Shown here: positions 35,378 to 49,800 of the stretch, piece by piece
Position numbering within the stretch: position 1 is the first letter of the stretch
Layout: every line of letters begins with the position of its first letter
Source: Microthyrium microscopicum
Taxonomy: Eukaryota
Direction of reading: 5' to 3'
Assembly (NCBI GenBank): GCA_010405405.1
Contig: MU004233.1
Coordinates: 2,458,539 to 2,522,538, forward strand
Length of the DNA: 64,000 bases
The notes under the pieces: model-generated
What the model was told of the DNA's origin: nothing
The model's input: only the letters and a program-made list of their open reading frames with translations
Databases searched by the model: none
Translations under genes and position numbers: made by a program

Positions 35378-36107
35378 AAGGCCCGTCGTAGAGGATAGTT
35401 GGAGACTATACCCTTGCTTATGGGGAGATTCTTTAAGAGACAGCCGAGTGGGTGTATTCTTGGTACTTGGGCACACTGGAAGAGGAAGGTGGGTGATGGA
35501 GACGAGACAGTTGTATCTTGTCAAAATTTCGCGCTTGAGTACTCATTCGGCGATATAAGTTTTGATTTTGTTACCAGCTCAGATCAGGAAGACAAATTTG
35601 TAGTTCCGGTACAATCACAATAGGATTACAAGGTATGCCTCCAACAGTGCTATAACATGATGCCTGATATAACCTCCTCTTCGCAATGTATTCAAGCATA
35701 CGAATAAGATTAGAGGGAGCGAAAGTGAATATACACTTTCGCACTTACCAACAACTCTCCTGAGGTCGTGAGAGGGTGGTGATGGATTTTTCCTCGTCTG
35801 TGTCAAAAAAATCCTCAATGTGGTGATTAACATTATGCCGTTTTTGCGAAACAAGTGTACAATCGTCTGGGACAGATAACTTGCAAATTCCCTGATCAAG
35901 AAGGTTGTAGCGCTGGTTTAGTCAAATGAGACAAGGCTGAGTCACGGACAAGGATTCAAGGAAGGCAGAGGAATTGTAGTCAAAGTATTAAGATCGTATC
36001 ATTATTAGACCATTATTATTATCGCCGTACAAAGCATTATATACATAAAGAATGTGTCTTTTTCCACGCACACCCCGGTCGCAACCCATGATCTTCGATC
36101 CAATAGT

Positions 36108-36599
36108 CTATCCAGGGAAGGCAGGGTTGCTGGTTGTCGCGGAAGCAGTCATGGTTGAATCCCAGTGCTCGACAATACAGGTACCGTCGTATCGGTAGTA
36201 GTCTGAAATGGCAGTAACGTTTTGAATGAATCCTTGGACACCGGCTTTTGGTGTAGCTTTGTAGTGGCTTGTGCAAATAGGTGCTCCGTCGTCTCTTCGG
36301 AAGCAGCCAGTGAGGTCGTTACCGACGGTAGAGATATCGACTGTGGGAAAAAGGGCGCTTAGGAAGCCGACGTCAGAACCAAAGCTGTTTGCGGAAGAGG
36401 TGTGTTCGATGAGATCTGTAGATACGTATTTGGCAAAGGCGTCTGATACATCGCCGGAGAAAAGCTCGAGTTGAAAGGCTTTGAAGAGTTGGGTCCGCGC
36501 ATCTTGATCGATATCTCCTTGATTGTCGCTTCCGCAGTACCAGGCTGAGGTAAGGGTGATGAATGAGGCCGCAATGGCGAGGATTGGTCTGAACAACAT
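36108..36599 (-). CDS. Small secreted SnoaL/NTF2-like fold protein
   Basis: Signal peptide MLFRPILAIAASFITLTSA; AFAKYVSTDLIEH and DYYRYDGTCIVEHWD motifs typical of fungal SnoaL-like proteins; 4 Cys. Confidence 0.82.
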   Translation of the reverse strand: MLFRPILAIAASFITLTSAWYCGSDNQGDIDQDARTQLFKAFQLELFSGDVSDAFAKYVSTDLIEHTSSANSFGSDVGFLSALFPTVDISTVGNDLTGCFRRDDGAPICTSHYKATPKAGVQGFIQNVTAISDYYRYDGTCIVEHWDSTMTASATTSNPAFPG

Positions 36600-38507
36600 T
36601 GTTTGGTATGAAGCGGGTGTGATTTTTTGTTCCAAGAAACGAGAGGACTGCAAAAGAATATAAACAAACAGTGAGAGACGAGCGAGTTTATTGACAAGGC
36701 AATTTGTTGGTGAGCGAGTGAACTACCTGAACGACGATCGTGCTATCTTTATACCGCCTTGCCAGCGTACCTGCCCAGTATCCTTCGAGTCGAGCCTTGT
36801 CTTCTCAAGGCATAGAATTGGCTTGGAACTGCAGTAGCTCAGCCTTAGACTACTTTACAAGAAGAATCCAGTTTGAAGCGGGCAATGACACTGTGGCTAT
36901 GGGCAGTTAGCTGCTTGAACAGTCGTACTGCCTTGCATGAAATGCAGAATGGCAGAATTCTACCAATCAGGTAACTAAGGAAGAACTACGATTTGAACGA
37001 CCCCACAGTGAGTGATGCGTGTGGCGTATTCCCTCTGCATCGTAAAAAAGCATCTTGCAAGCACGCGAGCTAAGTTTAGAGAAGCGATTGGGGCCTGGAC
37101 GAGAGGCTAATCCTCAAACAAGCTAGTATTTCTGCAACGGGCTCGGATACGGTACTTGCCAAACTTGGTTGAGCCAGTTTGCATGACTGCGCAAAGCAAG
37201 ATTGGGAGGTCGTTACATCAAAGAGGAAGAGTTTGGTAGATCTTGATTGACAGCCTAGCTGCAAGATAAGCAAGTACCTAGTAGTTCTGCTTACATAGAT
37301 CAATTCGTGAAGAGATATTGTGCTTGCAAATGATTGATTCGATTTTTCTTGACGATGATGATTGAAAATTTACAGCGAGTATGATGTCTCCTAACTGACT
37401 GACACTTTGGCAAAGTGATACATCATGCATCAAATAGTTCGTCAACTCTTACCCAATTTACCATCCAAAAAGAGAATATTTGAAAGGAAGCTGCGGGGCA
37501 ATGCTGAGCCTCAGTGATTTAGATGCAGACGAGCGAACTGATATCTTGCCAAGGGGACAATTCCAAGCCTACTGTCGTCTTATCGTATCCATTCGCCTGT
37601 TTCAAGCTCGCACTAGAAGGGAGTTCGCAGTGGACGGATCCCCAGCCCCCGAATATACGAATAATGAACCATAGTCTTTTACAAGTCATTTTGATCTTTG
37701 CTGATGTGTATTTTGACAATTCCATGCCAGATGCAAAAATGCAAGGAAAATTTGACAAGACTTTGGTTTCAGTTGTATGCATAAATTTGGTCTAGAAGTT
37801 GTGGCTTACATGATATGCGCGCATATCCGGCCACCCAATAACGGTTTGTGTATCAGTTCTTGAAGGATTTGAAGCAAAGCACATCGCTCACGTTGTTCTC
37901 GTATTATTAGAAGAATAATGCAAGGAAATGTCTCGCTGATCCAAAAGGATCTTCCACTCAACCATGAACCGATATAAATCCTACATTTGGCCATGATGGC
38001 CATGATACAGCACATGGGAGTCTTACACCGCGAACTCCGATGAAGCTAAGATCAACCCGCCTTTTTCAGGTCCAGAAAAGTGCCCACTAATCAATTCAAT
38101 CACGCTCACCGTTAAACCGTCGTCTCGTCGTACTGCACTCTATTTCGACTAAAAAGAAAGCGCCATTGGAAAATGCCCGAAAGCTCAGACTATATTCCTC
38201 TAGCTGAATCAATGCATCATCATCTTCTTCAACTTGAAAAGTTCGTGTCTCGATCAGGCTGCTGGACACGAGAGCAGACACGGCCAAGATCCGGTCACCT
38301 CAGGCCTGCAGTCTGCATTGCGTGTGCTTCAGCCTCGTGTCTTGGCAGCCTTGTCCGAACTCGCTTCCAGAAAAAATTGTTTGGTTTTGCAACCTGCACG
38401 GACCATGGTTCGTCTCATGATTCATCTCTCAACTTCGTTCTATTTTTCTCTTCTTCCATAAGGTATCATCATTGGAGCAAAAGCTAGGAGTTCATTCTAC
38501 ATAGAGA

Positions 38508-40057
38508 ATGCGTTACATACGGCTCATCCAGCCGCCGCATGTCGTTCTACAGGATGGCAGACCCAGAATAAAATGCAAGGTCACAGTGACCAACGACTTG
38601 GGCGACTCGTTCTGTCCTGTTGATCTAGATCTGGTCCTGTTCATCAGACGCGTCAATGATGCGGAGATTTTCTTCGATCAGAGAATCGTCGAGTCGTGGA
38701 AAGGAACTCGTGGCATGCGGGTGCTGACTTTCGAGTTTGAACCTTCACGAGAAATGATCAATGCTCCACAAGGAGTTAGTATCGTGGTGGCAGCTATCCT
38801 GCCCAGACACAAGAGCGTGGCGGCAGATACGCATGCTTTTCCTAAGGACTCGAAAAATCTTTTGCCAGGCAGTAGTGGGCTTGGGCTGGACAAAGATATG
38901 GTGTATGTCATGGGCGTTCAATCTGCACAGCTTTTGATCAAGACTGGGTGTCGTGCTTCAAATGAGCTCTCGCGCCGAGATTTTTGGCTAGCTGATGATA
39001 CTATAATGCACATATGGGAGAGTTCAGGTTCACACAATATTGAAAGTCACATATGGTAAGAGTAGTTGTATGATTGTACCATTGATAGATCATGTAAATA
39101 ATGTACCTTGTTAGGGACGCTGGATTGGCTACAATAGCTTTCTTAAACAATGAGATAGCCAAAAAGAGACGGAAGAGATTGCACAGACGAAAAGAAAGCC
39201 GCAGTGAGCATGAACAACACAATGTCTCTATACTTGAACTTGGTTGTGGTGTTGGCCTGGTGGGAACCTTTCTTGCTCGGATGTTTCCTAATTTCAAAGG
39301 TAAGCTTTTCTCATATAGTCGTACAAAACAACAAAGTATCACCCTGCGTTGGCAACCAAAATACTTGTATCTTCCTTATCCTACTTGACCACGTAGTCAA
39401 TATGCTCGAGATCCGAAAGAGATGAGGCACGATACCGGTAGATTGCTTCAACAACTGCGTTTGGAACTAACATACTACTCACATTTTGTCCACAACACAT
39501 CTCTCGTCCCTCCACCATGCCTTCCCTCAGCCTCTCCTCTCTCCTCCCAACTAACAACCCCAGTAACAACAACCGACCGCCCCGAAGCCTCCCCCCTCGC
39601 CACAACCAACATCTCCTCCAACTCCACCACCACCAACATATCATTCCATCCCCTCCCCTGGGGAACCCCCCTCCCACCAACCCTCTCACAACCATACAAC
39701 CTAATCCTCGCCACAGACTGCACCTACAACCCCGATACCTTCCCCCTCCTCCTCAACTCCCTGTCCCAGCTCGCAGAGACTTCACCGAATGTGCTTGTGT
39801 TCATCGCTAGCAAGACGCGACATGTGGGTGAGGCGGTGTTTGATGGTATGATGGGAGATGGAGGATGGGTGGTGCGGAAGAGATGGATACGATATATGCC
39901 GTGGGAGTTTGGCAACGGAGGTAGGATAGCGGGTGAATGTGAAGAGGAGGATGAGGGGGGGAGGGAGAAGTGTGTGTTTACATATTGGGTTCGAGGGGTT
40001 GAGGGGGCGGAGGGACGGATGGAGTTGGGAGAGTTGGGAGATATTTTGGGAGTCTGA
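38508..40057 (+). CDS. Putative protein-lysine methyltransferase (Methyltransf_16/METTL21-like)
   Basis: SHIW|DAG, ILELGCGVGLVG (motif I), TTDRPEA...NI, PLPWG and LILATDCTYNPD. Introns ~39056-39114 and ~39300-39530; the second boundary is uncertain. Confidence 0.85.
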
Positions 40058-40887
40058 GCTGGGTTCAGGAATGTCAGATCTTTGATGCGAATGAGATTTG
40101 GATGATATGGACGGGTTAGATGATATGAACACTTGGATGAATATATAACCAAGTTTTCGAGTCGCGGGATAATATTTGGCCTTGAAGACATCCAAAGACA
40201 ATGCGAATATCTCGTCAGAAACCATATCTTGTTGATCGATAAACAAGCACATTGATCATACAAGCTTCAATCTCATCACGGCATCAGAGAATCTCCAATC
40301 ACACGATAAAAAGTAAACCTTCATTTCATGATTTGCATAAAAGTAGACACGAACAGCCCAGCAACAGCAGCAAAAAGACAAGGGACAACGCAACTAAGAC
40401 TGGAAGGAAACACAGCACACCACAACAATAGCAACAGGCCCACCAAACCACCGAAATCCATTATCAATCCAAGCATCCATCACCCGCCAAAAGAAGCTTC
40501 CTAGAAGAAGCTCAGCCATACACCAACAAAGTGTGTAATCAAGTCTACCTTCCGAGGCCAGGAAAGAAGAACTGTACGTCTGAAAAAAAGTCACTCCCAT
40601 GGATAAGTTTTATATCAAAGACACGGCAAAAAACATTTTTGATAATTTCAGTTTCTTTGGGTCTAAAACTCATACAATAGAGAGACATCTGCACCGTCAG
40701 TAGCGGGCTTTAGATAGCGCAAGTAACAGCGCAAAGCTCTATGGGCAGGCGAGATGGTAGGGATTGTGGTCGTTGCGGCTTCTGCTGGATCTGAATCTGG
40801 CTCTGGCTTTGGTGGTGGTGATCGCTGGGACAAGAATGGGTCGATGGTACTGGCAGCTGTAGCTGGTGACCCAGACGAGCGGCAAAA

Positions 40888-42217
<1,330 letters not shown>

Positions 42218-44449
42218 ATTCGGTGGCGAGTGAGGAATAGACAGATGCCTCTAGTAGGCTGCTATTGTCCGCAAGATGAGGTGTAGCCGGCTCAGGGGAA
42301 GCGCAATGTCCGGCGTCAACAAGGAGAGGGGTGAAGTCGGAGGGGGTTCTAGGGATTGATTATGTTAGCGTCGGCTCAATGTGCTGTATTTTTGACGCAG
42401 AGTGAAAACATGAAGCCGCAGTGTCATGCATGTTTGGGTGTTGACATGACGGCACGGTTAAAAAAAGAGGGGGCCAAGACGTACGAGAGATCAACAAGTC
42501 GCGACTGGATTTGTGTACACAGGCTGATGGAGGCTACACAGGTAGAGATGGGCGATTAGCGACAAGTATCGGACAGATGATGGCTAGGAGCCCGTCGTCG
42601 CGGATGGATGCAGATGTCAGTGGTGGAGGGGCTACACCGACGCGGCTGAATAGCGGTTGGAGAGGGCGTTGGTAACTCTGAGGAAGAGGTGAAATTGGGA
42701 GTGGAGGATCGAGAGAATGCAATATGCTCACGGCAGGAGCAAAAGCGGTAGAGGTGGTTGGTGGTTGAAAATTGGTAGGTGCGATGGAGGATATTGGCAG
42801 GGACGATGAAGAGGTTCAGGTTTGTTGTCGGATGTAGCTGGCAAGTTGGGGTTGTAGACTGAACTGATGCAATTTAAGCTGGAGTCGGTGGGACAGGAAG
42901 AGCGCAGCAGACGTAGGAGCAGTTAAAGAGCTGGCTAGAAAGGCGGCAGTGAGCAGCAGGACAATAACAGTGGTCTTGGAGTGAAGATTTGAGGTGCAGA
43001 GGATAGAGAAGCTGGACTGTGGACTGTGAACTGTGGAGAGCAGTGGTGGTGGAGGGAGAGAAAACGAAGATGGTTAGGTTTCTGTCTGGAGCAGAGCAAA
43101 GCAAAAGCCAAGTACTCTGTAAGCAGTTGCTCCTGGCTGGCTTGGTCTCTGGTCTCTAGTCTCTCGCCTGCTATTTTGATGGCTCCTGGGACCTGGGCAC
43201 AGCAGTCGGCAACCTCGTCCACTCAATTCATTCCGACTCAATAATAATACCAGTGCTGGGCCCTTTCAAACTGCTACTCTAAAGTACTCCTGCAACTCAT
43301 CTTAAACTCTAAAATAATTCGTCAAACATCCTGAGCCACGATTCCATCGACACACTAGACATCACGAAAGACCAACCAAACGCCTGGGATTTATTGCCTC
43401 TCCATTCCAGAGTTTTTCTAGTTTCAATCCTCCCCACCATGCCGCTTCCGTTGTGCAGTAACGTAACCAACTCTTGGGCTGTGAAAGCAGCAAACGAGCC
43501 AATTGGTCTCCATTGGTGGAATCAAAGTGTTCTTATGCGCTGTGCTCTATCGCTGACATATATTCAGTCAGAAAATCACATAAAGAACGAAAACCGTCCC
43601 TAAGCTTTACCAATTCCTAAAGGACTTTTTTTCCTATTTATTGTTTACATATCAAGGGGAAAAGAAAGGCGGTGAATGTGTGGCTAGAAAATATAAAATT
43701 GCCCCGCCTTGGGTTTGCAGATGGGCTGCATTTCTCTTGTTTGAGTAACCGCCCACGCTACCCTACGCCTCATTTATAATCCGTTCGCGCTTCCTGGGCC
43801 TGTTCCTTCCTCTTTCGGCACTGAGCCTCTACACCTCAGCCTTGTTCTCAGCCTTGCTTCTGATATTGCTCCAACAACCACATTGTAGCGCTTTTTTTTA
43901 TTGCTATTTCACAATAAGAAATGTCATAGTAAGGGGGTTCATCAGGTATTGAAATTCATATGTCCTGTCCGTTCATCTACTCTGTCATCTATGCGCAATA
44001 CATAAACACATTTCACGCTCATCAACATGCAACCAAAAACATCAGTCCAGCATTTCCGCCCTCCCTGCCCATGAGTAAAGAGAAATTTGTACATATACAA
44101 TGCAAGATCCCCAATGCATGATGAAAAAAAGAAAAGACTTTCTACGCCCTGCGAGAAATCAAGAACCAAAGAACCGCGAAAAAGGGAATCGGGAATCAGA
44201 AACAGAATGTTGCCTAAACAAGAAGAAGAGAAAAAGTCCCGCCGAGTATGAGAGAAATACAAAGACCCCCCAAACTCCTTGCAGTGAATATCAAAAAGGT
44301 ACTTCTTATCGGATAAACAAGGACAATGCAGTTCGCATAAAAACATAAAACATAGTCAACAACGCTACGCTACGCGGCAATTGGTATCGCGGCGACTAGA
44401 AAAGAAAATACGATCAAGGATTCGGCTCTTCAGGTATGTCGTCGGGGTG

Positions 44450-46892
44450 CTATCCCAAAGTTCTACCAGTGGAGACAATGCCTTGACTCGCTGAACGGAC
44501 TGGCGCTGCAGGTGTTCCAATCGGCGCGAATGGAGAATTCAGAAGAGCAGGTCCTACAGCTTGCTGCTTATCCCAGGATTCGTCAGTGAGTGTACTAAGC
44601 CAAGCACTTCCAAACTCCTGTCGCAGTGTCTCAATTCGTTTTTTGTACATCTCGCTCTCAGAAGGTAGCTGGGGAAGGGCTTTCTCTGGCGCGGATGTCA
44701 GACGAGGTAATTGGGCGGGGTTGAATGTGTCTGCAACGGGTGGCATTGTTGGAGTCAATTCTTCTTCAATGTCTTTCGTGGTCTGTATCCGAGGTCTTAT
44801 TGGCGTAGCGTCCACACTGCCACCATATGTGCTATCATCTGTGATTTGACCATCTTTCGTTTTCAATGGTGATTCGCCAGGAATAGGCAGAGCTTTTGAA
44901 GTTCCTTCTTCATGTGCAATTTCAACCACTCGTCGCTTGCTGATCTTCTTCCGTCGTTGAGAGCTCTTGTAACTCTTTTTGCGATGTGGCATTGGCACTG
45001 TCTTGTCGGCAAATGGATCATGCTGGATGATGGGTGCCGAAGAGAAGCTGATAGGTCGAGGTCGATCTATTATAGTCTCTACTGGAGCTGGGCGAACAAC
45101 TGGAACAGCTGGAAGTTCTGGAGCGGGGTCAATCAGTTGCTTTCGTTCGGCGTATGATGGCAAGTGCCCATCTAGCATGATGTCTTGCGTGAAACCTGGC
45201 TGTTTGCGAAATAGATTGAAGACGGTAACTCGGTAGTTGGGATGAGTCTTGGTGAATGGATTTCTGTTCACATAAATCTCGGTGAGATTAGGAAGCCCAG
45301 TGAGGCGAGCCAGTTCAGTTGGATCAGTCAAATTGTTCTCACGAAGATCAAGACGTTCCAAAGAGAATATTCTTTCAATGCCAGCGAGTGAGGTCAGCCG
45401 ATTGCCTCTCAGATTGCAAGTCACAATGGCAGGAAGAGGATTCTTTCCCAGTGAATGAAGTGAGCCAATCATGCAATAAGACAGATTCAAGGCACGCAGT
45501 GACACCAACGACGCCAAGCTGTCGGGAATTTCGGTGAAGAGATTAGTTGAAATATCCAAAAGCTGTAGAGTATTGGCAATTGGTGCTAGGCTGAGCGCAG
45601 AGAGGTTTGTTAGACCATTGTCTGCTAGACTCAGCTGTCGGAGAAATCGCCATTTCGAGGCTGGAATGACACCAGATGCAAGCAAGTTGGCAGAACTTCC
45701 ACGAGGAGTGTTTGCTCGATCTGTGGACTCTGAGCTGGCAGATGATCTACGATGATTGGGAGTTCCACTTCTTGATTGACTTTGCGAGGATCCTTGTCTG
45801 GAACTGGGAGGACGAGTTGGAGACACACTTCGTTGTCTGCGGTGTGTATGATGCTTGCTAGAACCCCAAACTCCAGACCCACTCATCGACGTTGGACGGT
45901 TGGGTGGACTTTGGTCCGAAGGAGATCGCGCAAGCTCAGCATGCTTGGTTGATGGGCTGGGAGCAGACCATGGCAATATAGGAGAAGGTGCAACTTTGGC
46001 AGATCGTCGACGTCTTCTGTCCATATCATCCAAAACGATGTTGACGAGAAGATCTGATGGGTCGTCAAGATTGCCTCGTTTGATAGTCAAACTTCTCAAA
46101 TTCTCAGCCATATAATCCCAACCGTAGAATTGGCGAAAATCAACATCACAAATTTCCAATTGGGTCACGTTCTTGAAGGCAAGAAGTGGGACAGCAGAGT
46201 CAAATGGGAATTCCTCATATCCAGAAATTAGAGGGGCTTTGTGGTCAGGCGATAGTTTCAAGCACGGGACTTTTGTAAAGGCCGAATACAAATACTTCAT
46301 ATCTTCTTTGATCTGGAGCTTTTGCTTTTCAGTTTTGGCCTCGGAATTGGAAGTGAGGCCAAGTCTGGTCCACAACGACGACATGGTAGACATCACACTA
46401 CGAATGCTGGACACAGAGTGTATGGAATCACGGTCAGTTTTGATCCTTCTCCGCTGAGCCTGGTTTAGGAATGACACGTAGTTGCCTGGTGCAGAATCCG
46501 AGTGTATATTTTCCAGTCTTATATCCATGGGTCCAACTGTTACGCCCAGTTCCTGGAACCGTGTAAGGAGGTAGAAGAGATGATGGGGAGTCAGGCATAG
46601 TTTAGCAGACTTGACATGACGAGAACCAAATCCAAGAAAAGGAAAAGAGGAGATGAGGGAGGATGAGGTAGGATGGGGAGAAAAGGGAGTTATGGGCGAG
46701 GTGGGAGTAGCAGGCTCATTCCCAGCGCGGGAGTTCTGCCGTTGATGTTGTTGGAGAGCATTTGCAAGAGCTTTTTCATGGGTTTTTACGAAAGAAGCCA
46801 AGTTCTGAATAGCAAAGTACATTAGTACGAGTGAAAATGGCGGTGCAAAACCTGCATACCTTTATGAAGAGTTGTCCATCTTCTGTGTCCAT
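44450..46892 (-). CDS. Conserved fungal leucine-rich-repeat protein (nischarin/STK11IP-related)
   Basis: MDTEDGQLFIK|NLASFVKTHEKALAN (intron 46805-46859); LRR units LRQLSLADNGL, LQLLDISTNLF, LRALNLSYCMI, CNLRGNRL, LERLDLRENNL, followed by an LRR cap (NPF...YRVTVF). Confidence 0.88.
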
Positions 46893-49800
46893 GTTGTCAC
46901 GAAAGACCAAACTCCATGAATGCGTGTATGCGATAGAGGGAGTAGCCGACTATCGCGAAACCGAACAAGCGGGAGAGCGAGATGAGAGTCGCGGCAAGAC
47001 GGAGAAGATTATTAGGAAAGCTGGAAAGTAATTATGCCTAGGGGCGACAAAGGAATGTATAGAAGAGGAATAGGCCTCCGAGACAAGCGGGGCTCAGAAG
47101 GCAAAGGCAGTCATGTGTCGGTCTATATGTAAGAAAGAACAAAGTCAGCGGTGATTGTTTCAGTGGGGGAAAAGGCAGTCAGCGATGTAAACAGAGGCAT
47201 AGCAGAGACAACCCCGCGAGGTGAATGAAGTAGAGAGGTACTAGAGACCAACATACCTGCGATAGACTAGACGACACTGAGGAGTAGTGAAGTAGGGGAG
47301 AGTGAAGTCGGATATGGGGTTAATAGAGGACGAAGAGGACTCGGAGAGGGTAAATGATAGAGTAGTGGTGAGGAGGAGAGGAGAGACTTTGACTGATAAC
47401 CAGTGCGCAGTGCAGTGTCTGGCAGCCGCATAAGTTCAGGTGGTCCGTTCGCTGAGCACGCCTACGCCTACCCACACCAGGCTAGTAGGCAACGCGCTAG
47501 GACCTACAAAGCTAGCTGAACCGGCAAGGATGTGGGCCCTGCCTGTCGCTTGCTGCCGCTACCCTTTGGTGCAGTGCAGCAGGTGCAGACGACTGCAGAT
47601 TCCGAAAGAGGCAGCGACGACTCGAATTGTGCAAATGGGAGGGCAAGCGCAAATCTCTAGCCTCTGATAGCTCTTGCATTGTTGATCGCGACCACAGCAC
47701 AACTTCTCCTCCAAGATCAACATCGTGTGATTACACGGCGCCCATCAACAGTCTCAATATTGTCTATGTCTCAAATTCTCAATTGAACACGTCCAAAATT
47801 ATATGGACCCTGTTTGCTTTGTTGTTGTCGTTGGCGCGCCCAACGCTCTGACTGGCGGGATTCGCTGATTGCGTTGACGCCAGCCAACTGCCTCCCACGA
47901 GCGGCGACGAGCCTCGAAAAAGCGACTCCATTTCAATCCCCACTAAAATACTCGCTCATCTTCCTCCGCAAAAGCCTTTAAAAGCTCACGTTGCGTCAAG
48001 ATTTTCGTTGTGCCGCCTCATATACAAGTAGGTGCATGGTTATTTCCACCCAACTTCATTGCATGTTTATTGCGATTGCACCATCACCCCTCGATCGTTT
48101 CCCGTGTTTGATATTTCTAAACCTAAACGGAACCTATTTTCACATCCCTGCTAATCTACTTTTCCAGTATCGTTTTCTAGAACTAGAGAAAAAGCATAGT
48201 GTGTTAAGCGCGCTTGAGTATTGCCTATTGTTTGATCAGGCCATTGAGTTCCCAACAAGTAACCACAGGACCACAGACACTTAGCTCAGGTGGTTCTTTT
48301 CAAACACATTCCGAAGCCCATCTCGGTCTACCACACCAGCACCAAATTCTCGACAGTTGACCAGGGCCTGGCACAGTCGCGACATGATATCGGAAGGGAC
48401 TGCGGCATGCAGTGCTCCAGTGCTGGTCAGTTCGCAAATCCAATCACTTTCAATGCCCCGCCATGGATGAGGGGCCCTTCGACAGTTTCTTGCAGATCAA
48501 CCTCTGGCCAATAAACTTGCTGCCGCCTCACAGTCTTCCTTTGGCACACGCGCTTTCTTCCCAAATCTATCAACTCACCGCCTTCTTGTCCTACCTCAAC
48601 TGCTTATCGGTTGTGATCATGCTGCCTTTATACTCCAGTTGCAAAGCGCTGAGAGAGCCAGGATTTCAATGCACCTTAACCATGTTGGACAGAGCGCCGA
48701 GCGGGATAGTCGATCAAGTATGTCAAGTTAGCGCCTTTCAATTCTCATGCATGGCTGGTCACGAAGTAATACGCACTACGATTTCTGCCGACGAGAGGCT
48801 TGCATTTGGCCCGCAGAGACAGGATTTGGTTTAAGCTTACCCCCAAGATGAACATAACCTGTGGCTGTTGTCTGCAGGTTGGCAGGATCTGAGCCATGGT
48901 TTGCGTTGGAGAATTGCGCTTCCAAGCGGTTTTGAAGGCACATGTGACTCGCACAAAGCCAGGGCCCTTGAAAAATCTGTGAGTATCGGAGCATACTCCA
49001 ATATGCATTGGGCTATATGACGCCGAACTATTGCTACGCTCTCTGGTATATTAGTGGCACTACTACATGTTATCATATCGTAGCTTTCTACCCCTCTCTA
49101 TATCAAAGCTCTAGCTACGATACAAGTATAGTTACTGGAAGTCTGAGAGGCATATTCAGATCGGAAATACCGAATTCTCCGGCAATATCAAAATAGAACT
49201 AGTAGGCATATATAGAGATAACCTTCCTAACCTTCCCTTGAATCGCAGTCAAGGCCGAGATTCAAGGCGATTATACTTCTTGCCTGTCCATATTGCCTAC
49301 TCTCCAAGTCGGCCTCCAAAGTACGGTCAAGACTATCCTTACACCGCACTTCAATTCTTTCCGGGGCTCTGTGAAGCTTTTTACCAGGTATCAAAAACCG
49401 GAGCCGCAAACAGACAAATCACACTCAATATCAAGCTGAATGAGAATTCTCACGATAGGAAATAACAGTTCGAACAAATCCTTCTTAGAGGCAGACCGAT
49501 TATGCAGCTTTCAAAAGTTCAGCAGCAACCGTTCTGCGCCATGCAGTCCTCTTTGACGCAGCCTCAAATCTCGGTTCGTATAAAAGACCAATAGCACACC
49601 CTCAATCCAAGATTCCACACTAAAATCATCCTTTCCCCATGAACCTATACCCATGCCACCCTAGTGCCAAAAATGCCCCCAGTGTCAGACACTTAGCCGA
49701 CCGAACATCGGCGCTGTTGGCGCGCATAATGTCGTTTTTTTCCATGGAACCATAAATTGATCAGGATAGAAATAATTGGCGAATAGAAAGATTGCTTGCA

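Noticed and set aside
1..36599. Secondary-metabolite cluster built from the P450, GliK-like, FMO and SnoaL-like genes
   Set aside because: No backbone enzyme (PKS, NRPS, terpene synthase or RiPP precursor), and the genes are separated by housekeeping loci.
43770..43900. TATA-like box, short hairpin and T-run suggesting a Pol III ncRNA
   Set aside because: No A/B boxes or recognisable RNA family; compatible with ordinary promoter or terminator sequence.
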